A DNA stretch of 64,000 nt from an uncultured Gemmatimonadota bacterium (GTDB taxonomy: Bacteria > GCA-2686955). Positions 57,883-64,000 of this stretch are shown here, piece after piece; positions within the stretch are counted from its first letter, which is position 1; each line of letters begins with the position of its first letter. The stretch is taken from NCBI GenBank assembly GCA_964490075.1, contig CAZBBK010000005.1:62001-126000 (forward strand), given 5' to 3'. Under the pieces are notes generated by a model that saw only the letters and a list, made by a program, of their open reading frames with translations, was not told the origin of the DNA and made no database searches. Made by a program: the position numbers and the translations under genes.

Positions 57883-58731
57883 GCGGCCCGCGGCGGCGCG
57901 CCCCAGCCCGCCGGTCTTCAGCCTTCCCGGCCTCCGACCGGCCACCCCCCAGATCTCGAAATCATGCCACTGGTGGGTCGAGAAGGTCGTCGCCAGCTCG
58001 TACCCCGCGGCCCGCAGCTCCTGGTGGCGAAGCGCGGCATCGAGCTTGTGGGCGGCGGGCGGACCGACCGGCAAATCGCCCTCTTTGTACTCCAGGATCG
58101 CCAGCCGTCCACGCGGCGCCAGACGGGTCGCCAGGCGCTCGAAGTAGGCGATTCGGTCGTCGAAATGATGATAGGTGTCGGCAACGAAGATCAGGTCGCA
58201 GAGCCCGGGCGGCAGATGGGAGGTGGCCAGGGAGCTGAGCACCGGAACCACGTTGTCGATTCCACGCTCCAGCAACCCCTCGCGCAGCGCGTCGAGCTGG
58301 GCCGGCTCCACGTCGACCGCGAAGACAAAACCCCGGGGCAAAGCCGCCGCCAGCGGAAAGACGAATACACCGGGGCCACATCCCAGGTCGGCGACGATCG
58401 CGTCGGGCGCCAGGTCGAGGGTGCGCACCGCCAGGCGCGGCTGGAGCTCGCGCAGTCGCCCCTCGCTCCGCAGCTCGCGGATATAACGCTCGGTGTCCGG
58501 GGGGCCGTGCCGATCGCGGTTCGGCGCGCGGACCGCATCGACCGCTGCTCCGTCTCGCCCACGCTCGGGCCGCGTGCGCCAGACGTCGCGTGCGCCGCGG
58601 GTCGCGTTGGGCTTTTCTTGCTCGAGCGCCTGTGTTCCCGCCACCGGCGGCTCCGACTCCGACCCGGTGCAAGCGACCAGCAGGGTGGTGGCGGCCAGCG
58701 GTCCGGCCAGGTACCAGAAACGAGCGAACAT
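57400..58731 (-). CDS. Lipoprotein class I SAM-dependent methyltransferase with probable run-on C-terminus
   Basis: Lipobox LLVAC, VADLGCGPG.F, VFAVDVE, DLIFV.DTYHH and G.L.ILEY...P.GPP..HK motifs. Recognisable similarity ends near 57945, and the rest is antisense to 57319-57882. Confidence 0.8.
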   Translation of the reverse strand: MFARFWYLAGPLAATTLLVACTGSESEPPVAGTQALEQEKPNATRGARDVWRTRPERGRDGAAVDAVRAPNRDRHGPPDTERYIRELRSEGRLRELQPRLAVRTLDLAPDAIVADLGCGPGVFVFPLAAALPRGFVFAVDVEPAQLDALREGLLERGIDNVVPVLSSLATSHLPPGLCDLIFVADTYHHFDDRIAYFERLATRLAPRGRLAILEYKEGDLPVGPPAAHKLDAALRHQELRAAGYELATTFSTHQWHDFEIWGVAGRRPGRLKTGGLGRAAAGRSIDVETARSALQRNAAVEGIIPDDPGCAVDGEAAERRDHVTRPGDPCVSGCIVLVHLAEIDPARSLHEGDRIGGPAEIEGVEPVEQVQRSRQVDRYQHLECVAGLKQVVLGGPPGAILVVGEPTVVPCGRVVLGVDRRLHVDDVHGLQAHGAIGLERYVG

Positions 58732-58816
58732 TCGAGGCCTCTCCATTCGCGCCTCCGGTGGATCCACCGCCAGTTTTGAGTCGTGGGCGCGATCCGGTCA
58801 CGGTAGATTCTCCGCC

Positions 58817-60376
58817 ATGAGGCGGAACGAGTCGATGAGCCGCAGCGCGAGCACGCAGGGTGAGGGTAGCCCCTCGAGTCGCGCCCAGCACCTGAGCGCG
58901 GGTGAGATCTTCGCCCTGGAACGTCAGTTCTTGCGCGACCGCGATCTTCCCGACTCGGAGCTCACGCGCCGCGATCGCGAGATCGGCCGCACCCTGCTCA
59001 GGGTCGCCGGCCCCCGCGGCGCCGACCGCCGCGCGCTCTGTCGGGGATGGCTGCGCAACCTCGGCGAAGAGACCGCCCGCGATGCCAGCCGCATGGAGCG
59101 CGCCGTGGCCAGCGCCGCGCTCGGCCTGATCGGCTGTGGCGCGTTGACCGGCGCGGGCGCCGCGGCCGGGCTGCTGCACTACGAGGGCGGCACCCCGATC
59201 AACCTGTTCCATTTTGTCGGCGTGTTCGTCGTCCTGCAGCTCCTTACCCTGGTGGTCTGGGTGGTCGCCCTCGCGACCTGGCGGCGCGGCCGCGGCCCGC
59301 GCGGCGCCGTCGCCACCATCCTCGGCGGCGCCCTGCGCGCCCTGCTGCGACTCGGCCTCTGCGCCGAGCGGCGCGCCGCGCTGCAAGCCGATCTCGACAC
59401 CCTGCGCAGAATCGGCGGCTGGTACTCCGAGATCGAACGCTGGTCACTGGCCCGCCTCGCCCAGCTCTTCGGCGTCGCCTTCAACGTCGGTGCCCTGGGT
59501 TGCGCGGCGCTTCTCATGGCCGGCTCCGACCTCGCGTTCGCCTGGCGCAGCACCATCGACTGGCATCCCGACCAGATCCACGTCCTGCTGCGGGTGTTGT
59601 CGATGCCGTGGGCCCGGGCCTTGCCCGAGGCCGTGCCGAGCCGCGAGCTGGTCGAGGCCAGCCATCACTTCCGCGGCGCCGGCGCCCCGACTCTGGCGCC
59701 CGAGCTGATGGCCCGCTGGTGGTCCTTCCTGCTCCTCTCCGTGGCCTGCTACGGCCTCGTGCCACGCGCCCTGACCTGGCTGATCGCCGAGATCCAACTG
59801 CGCCGCGCGCTGCGCGGCATCGACCTCGAGCGCGGCGAGCTGGCCGACCTGCACGATCGCCTGACCCGGCCTCTGGTCGAGACTCCGGGGCGCGAGGGCC
59901 CGGCGCCTCCCGCCTGCCCCACCCCCGGCGCGAGCTCAGCCGAACCGGCCGCCGGCCGCCGCGCCTGGGGCATCGTGTGGCGCGATGCACCGATCGACCG
60001 CACCCAGACCGAGCAGCTCGCGAGCGCCCGCCTCGGCTGGCGCCTGGAGCGTCTGGTGCAAGCTGGCGGCGGCACCAACCCCAGCGTCGATCGAGATTCG
60101 CTCGCAGCCCTGGGCGAGCTCCCACCCGAGAGCGCGCTGCTGCTCTTCGCCGAGTCCTTCGACCCACCCACCCAGGAGCTGCTCCAGTTCCTGGCGACCC
60201 TGCGCGCCGGCCGCCACACCGATCCCGACCTGGTGGTCTGCCTGATCGCGCCCGACCCCGAGCGCGGCTGGCAGCCGGCCGGCGACCGCGAGATCGCCAT
60301 CTGGCGCGCCGGCCTCGCGCCCCTCGCCAGCCCCCGGCTGCGGGTCGTCACCCTGCTCCGAAGCGATCGCGGATGA
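58817..60376 (+). CDS. DUF2868-like membrane protein
   Basis: HYEG..PINLF.F, DLAFAW.ST, PW....P.AVP..ELVEAS, WW.FL...V.CYGL.PR and E..DPP..E motifs. It has an ATGA overlap with the GTPase. Confidence 0.7.
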   Translation: MRRNESMSRSASTQGEGSPSSRAQHLSAGEIFALERQFLRDRDLPDSELTRRDREIGRTLLRVAGPRGADRRALCRGWLRNLGEETARDASRMERAVASAALGLIGCGALTGAGAAAGLLHYEGGTPINLFHFVGVFVVLQLLTLVVWVVALATWRRGRGPRGAVATILGGALRALLRLGLCAERRAALQADLDTLRRIGGWYSEIERWSLARLAQLFGVAFNVGALGCAALLMAGSDLAFAWRSTIDWHPDQIHVLLRVLSMPWARALPEAVPSRELVEASHHFRGAGAPTLAPELMARWWSFLLLSVACYGLVPRALTWLIAEIQLRRALRGIDLERGELADLHDRLTRPLVETPGREGPAPPACPTPGASSAEPAAGRRAWGIVWRDAPIDRTQTEQLASARLGWRLERLVQAGGGTNPSVDRDSLAALGELPPESALLLFAESFDPPTQELLQFLATLRAGRHTDPDLVVCLIAPDPERGWQPAGDREIAIWRAGLAPLASPRLRVVTLLRSDRG

Positions 60377-61836
60377 GCGTGTCTCCCATCCACTTCGCCG
60401 TCGTGGCCGCCGTCAACCGCGGCAAGTCGAGCATCGTGTCGACCCTGGCAGAGAACGACAGAGTGCGCATCGCTCCCACCCCGGGGACCACCCGCGAGGC
60501 CCGCTCCTACCCGGTGGTGGTCGACGGCGAGACCCTCTTCGTGCTCACCGACACCCCGGGATTCGAGCGCGCCCGCGAGCTACTCGCCTGGATCGACGAG
60601 CGGCGCGCCGCCTCCGGCTCCCCCGCCGACGCCCTCTGCCGCTTCGTCGAATCCCACCGCGACGACCCCGGCTTTCACGCGGAGTGCGAGCTGCTGGCCC
60701 CGATCATGGCTGGCGCCGCCGTGCTCTACGTGGTCGACGGCACGGTCCCCTTCCGCGACCACATGCGCGCCGAGATGGAGATCCTGCGCTGGGCCGCGCC
60801 GCTGCGGGTGGCGCTGATCAACCGCCACGGGCCCGCGTCCTATCTCGAGGGGTGGCGGCGCGAGCTGCGCGCCCACTTCCAGATGGTGCGCGAGTTCGAC
60901 GCCCAAAGGGTCGGATTCGATCAGCGGATCGCCCTCCTGCGCGGCCTGCGCGAGGTCAACGAAGGCCACTGGCGCAACGCCCTGGAGCGCGTCATCGAGG
61001 CCCTGGCACTCGACTGGGAGCGCCGCCGCCGCCGCTCCGCGCGCATCGTCGCCGACCTTCTCGCTCGGTCGATCGGCCACTCTCTGAAGCTACCGGTGCC
61101 GCCGAGCGACGATCCCGGGAACCACCGCACCCGCCTCACCCGCCGCTTCCACGACGAGCTGCGGCGCGTCGAAGCAAGTTCCCGCGCCCGGATCGAAGAG
61201 CTCTACAAGCACCAGGAGCTGCGCCACGCCCCACGCGACCGCCCCCCGGTCTGGGAGCAGGATCTTTTCGATCCGGCACGCTGGGGACCGCTCGGCCTGA
61301 CGCCGCGCCAGCTGCTCAGCATCGGTGCCGGCGTCGGCGCCCTGGCCGGCGGCGCGCTCGACGTCGCAGTGGGCGGAGCCTCGTTCATGATCGGCGCCAC
61401 CCTCGGTGCGGCCCTCGGCGCCGGCGGGGCGCTGTTCCGCTCCGGCCAGCCCCTGGCCTCGGTCGAGGGGATGCGCGGCCTGCTGCGCGGCGACCGCTTG
61501 CTGCGCGTCGGTCCCCATCCCAATCCCAACTTCCCTTTCGTCCTGCTGGATGCCAACCTGCTGCACTGGACCGCCGTCCAGGGGCGCCCCCACGCCGACC
61601 GCAGCGCCATGATCCTGGCTTCCGAAAGCGACAAGGGCGGCCCCAGCGCCGGCCTCGAAGGCGCGCGTCGCAAGGCCCTCTCGAGGCTCTTCGCGACCCT
61701 GCGCAAGCGCGCCCCACACGTCGACCCGCCGGTCCGCGACCAGCTCACCGAGCGGATCGAGGAGCTGATGGCGGAGCTGGCCGCCTCCGGCCGCAAGCCC
61801 GCCGACCCGAGTCTCCCGAGGAACCCCGATGACTGA
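60373..61836 (+). CDS. GTPase with DUF3482-like C-terminus
   Basis: FAVVAAVNRGKSSIVSTL, PGTT, DTPGFE, LYVVDG and EMEILRW motifs plus a Gly-rich GAGVGALAGG hydrophobic hairpin. Confidence 0.82.
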   Translation: MSVSPIHFAVVAAVNRGKSSIVSTLAENDRVRIAPTPGTTREARSYPVVVDGETLFVLTDTPGFERARELLAWIDERRAASGSPADALCRFVESHRDDPGFHAECELLAPIMAGAAVLYVVDGTVPFRDHMRAEMEILRWAAPLRVALINRHGPASYLEGWRRELRAHFQMVREFDAQRVGFDQRIALLRGLREVNEGHWRNALERVIEALALDWERRRRRSARIVADLLARSIGHSLKLPVPPSDDPGNHRTRLTRRFHDELRRVEASSRARIEELYKHQELRHAPRDRPPVWEQDLFDPARWGPLGLTPRQLLSIGAGVGALAGGALDVAVGGASFMIGATLGAALGAGGALFRSGQPLASVEGMRGLLRGDRLLRVGPHPNPNFPFVLLDANLLHWTAVQGRPHADRSAMILASESDKGGPSAGLEGARRKALSRLFATLRKRAPHVDPPVRDQLTERIEELMAELAASGRKPADPSLPRNPDD

Positions 61837-63472
61837 TCCGGTCTCCCGCGCCGCCCCCTTCGTCGCCGCCGCCCTTTGGGCCGTCGGCCCGGGCTGCAGC
61901 CCCTCGGCCTCTCCCGAGCACCCCAACCTGCTGCTGATCACCGTCGACACCCTGCGCGCCGACCGCCTCGGCTGCTACGGCGCCCCCGCCGACCCGAGCC
62001 CCCGCATCGACACCCTGGCCACCCAGGGCGTGCTGCTCGAGGCCGCCGCCACGTCGCTGCCGCGCACCACCCAGGCCCTCGCCTCGCTGCTCACCGGGCG
62101 CCACCCGGACGAGCACGGCGTGCTCGAGATCGGCGAGTACCTCACCCTCGAAACGGTCACCCTCGCCGAGCATCTCGAGGCAGCCGGCTACCACACCGCA
62201 GCAGTCAGCGCCAACACCTTGGCCAGTTCATTTCAAGGACTCCATCAAGGTTTCGACGAGTTCGTCGACGCCAACGAGCTGCAGCACCGCTACGACAGCC
62301 AGGGCGGCAGCGGCGGCTTTCACGCCGCCACCGTCACCGACGTTGCCCTCGAACTGCTCGAGCGCCATGGCGCCACCTCCCCCTGGTTCCTTTGGGTCCA
62401 CTATCTCGACCCCCACTTCCCCTACGACGCCCCCGACCCCGACCCCGGCCCCGACGTCGAGACCGCGCGCGCCTTCTACGAGGAGATCAAGACCCTCGAG
62501 CCGAAGACCGCCGCCGTCCACTTCGATCTCGCCGGCCGCTCCAGCGCCGTGCGCGACACCATGGACCGCCTCTACGACGCCGAGGTGCGCTACACCGACC
62601 GCCAGATCGGCCGCCTGCTCGACACCTGGCGCGCCCGCCCCGCCGCCCCTCCAACCCTCCTCGTGTTCACCTCCGACCACGGCGAGAGCCTCGGCGAGCA
62701 CGGCTACTTCTACGAGCACGGCGATTTCGTCTTCGAGCCCAGCGTGCGCATTCCGATGATCTTCCACGCCCCCTGGCGCCTTCCCGCCGCCCGGCGCGTA
62801 GTGGATCCCGTGTCGATCGTCGACGTCGTGCCGACCATCTGCGAGCTGCTCGAGCTCCCCGCCCTGCCGGGCGCCACCGGCATCGACATCAGCGAGCTGC
62901 TCGCCGGTTGTCCCCAGGCAGATCCGCGCGGACCGGTCTTCTGCCAGAGCGGCTCGGCCCTGCGTCCCCACAACCCGATCCGCGCCTTCGCCGGACGCCG
63001 CCGCGGCGAAGGACCCGGCAAGCCCGCCTTCCTGTCGGCGCGCGACGGCGACTGGGTCCTGGTGCGCAGGACATCGAGCGGCCGCACCCTCCTTCACAAC
63101 GCCGCCAGCGACCCCACCTTCCGGATCGACCTGGCCGCGGAGCACCCCGAGCGGACCGAGCGTCTCGCGGCCGCCCTCGAGACCCACGGTGGCGTGCTCC
63201 GCGACCGCTGGCTGATGGTCCGCGACGGCGACTGGAAGCTGCAACGCATCCCCACCCTCGAGGGCTACCAGGACCGCCTCTACGACCTCGCCGCCGATCC
63301 CACCGAGACCGTCGACCTCGCCTTCCGGCACCCCGACCTCGCCGCCCGCCTCGCCACGGAGCTCGACCGCCACCAGTCCCAGGCTCCCGAGCCCGCCCCC
63401 GCCCACTACCGCGGCGCAGCCGAAGAGGCCGAGATCGACCGCCGGCTGCGTTCGTTGGGCTATATCGAGTAG
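61829..63472 (+). CDS. Sulfatase-like (alkaline phosphatase superfamily) lipoprotein
   Basis: PNLLLITVDTLRAD.LG.YG, SLLTG..P..HG, WVHYLDPH.PY, YD.EV.Y.D, TSDHGE.LGEH....HG and terminal LRSLGYI motifs. Confidence 0.9.
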   Translation: MTDPVSRAAPFVAAALWAVGPGCSPSASPEHPNLLLITVDTLRADRLGCYGAPADPSPRIDTLATQGVLLEAAATSLPRTTQALASLLTGRHPDEHGVLEIGEYLTLETVTLAEHLEAAGYHTAAVSANTLASSFQGLHQGFDEFVDANELQHRYDSQGGSGGFHAATVTDVALELLERHGATSPWFLWVHYLDPHFPYDAPDPDPGPDVETARAFYEEIKTLEPKTAAVHFDLAGRSSAVRDTMDRLYDAEVRYTDRQIGRLLDTWRARPAAPPTLLVFTSDHGESLGEHGYFYEHGDFVFEPSVRIPMIFHAPWRLPAARRVVDPVSIVDVVPTICELLELPALPGATGIDISELLAGCPQADPRGPVFCQSGSALRPHNPIRAFAGRRRGEGPGKPAFLSARDGDWVLVRRTSSGRTLLHNAASDPTFRIDLAAEHPERTERLAAALETHGGVLRDRWLMVRDGDWKLQRIPTLEGYQDRLYDLAADPTETVDLAFRHPDLAARLATELDRHQSQAPEPAPAHYRGAAEEAEIDRRLRSLGYIE

Positions 63473-63526
63473 GCGCGCGCAGAGGCGAACGACAGCGACG
63501 TCCAGGGCGGCCACCAGTAGGCCGCG

Positions 63527-64000
63527 CTACTCCTCCACCCGAACGATCTCGACCTTCACCATGACGACCGGATCGGTGGGCAGGTCGCGCATGCTGCGCG
63601 GAACATTGGCGATCTTGGTCACCACATCCTCTCCGGCGACGACCTGGCCGAAGATCGTGTGGCGACCGTTGAGATGCGGCGTGGGGACCTCGGTGATGAA
63701 GAACTGGCGGCCGTTGGTAGGGGGCCCGAGTTGGCCATCGCCAGACGCCCGGGGCCATCGAACTCCAGGCTCGGGTCGATCTCGTCTTCGAACTGGTAGC
63801 CGGGGCCGCCAACCCGTCCGCCGAGGGGATCCCAGCCCTGAATCATCAAACGGGGGATGACCCGGTGAAAGACCAGCCCATCGTAGAAACGCTCACCCTT
63901 CATCGTCTCTCTGGAGACTGGATGGACCCACTCCTTGATCCCCTCGGCGAGCCCCACGAGGTTCTCGACGGTCTTCGGGGCCTGACCGGGAAAGAGGCGG
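63527..64000 (-). pseudogene. Cyclophilin-type peptidyl-prolyl isomerase, frameshifted (5' end outside the window)
   Basis: APKTVEN...[18 protein letters not shown]...GPGYQF.DE...LAMANSGP, then a 1-nt loss near 63718-63725. It continues as [27 protein letters not shown]...VEE* in another frame. Confidence 0.85.

Overview
This is a 64-kb, high-GC (roughly 68-70% by eye) bacterial scaffold with one 100-N gap at 54166-54265. Several secreted proteins end in a 'PNPFNP...WDG.D..G..VASG.Y' FlgD-Ig sorting domain, which suggests an FCB-group lineage such as Krumholzibacteriota, Latescibacterota or Eisenbacteria (inference only). Housekeeping and metabolic genes include feoA-feoB with two accessory genes, hutU-hutI-dipeptidase, plsC, an acyl-CoA dehydrogenase with pruA, an SDR, a radical SAM enzyme, an orphan GroES and a sulfatase. 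There are also two PIN-type toxin-antitoxin pairs, many secreted proteins and about seven decayed genes. Five items stand out. (1) A cytoplasmic operon encodes an ECF sigma, a zinc-finger anti-sigma and a TPR-CHAT caspase-like protease. Its own upstream region and that of the adjacent secreted BNR/FlgD gene share an identical TGTAAT-N16-CGAC motif, which suggests a CRISPR-independent, Craspase-like proteolytic signalling system with an identifiable target. (2) A ~250-bp structured dispersed element occurs three times, always in divergent intergenic regions, with ends that co-vary to keep pairing. One copy carries a 51-bp tandem array inside its variable hairpin, and a decayed RAYT/Y1 transposase lies elsewhere in the window. 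(3) An operon of a BFD[2Fe-2S]-pentaheme cytochrome, a monoheme DUF3365-like protein and a cytochrome-b-like protein is split by an integrase-free MBOAT+SGNH cassette flanked by 71-bp direct repeats. (4) A 180-nt imperfect palindrome. (5) A solute-binding lipoprotein coupled to a histidine kinase and a sigma54 activator. No rRNA, tRNA or CRISPR array was found. All family calls come from motif recognition by eye, not database searches.
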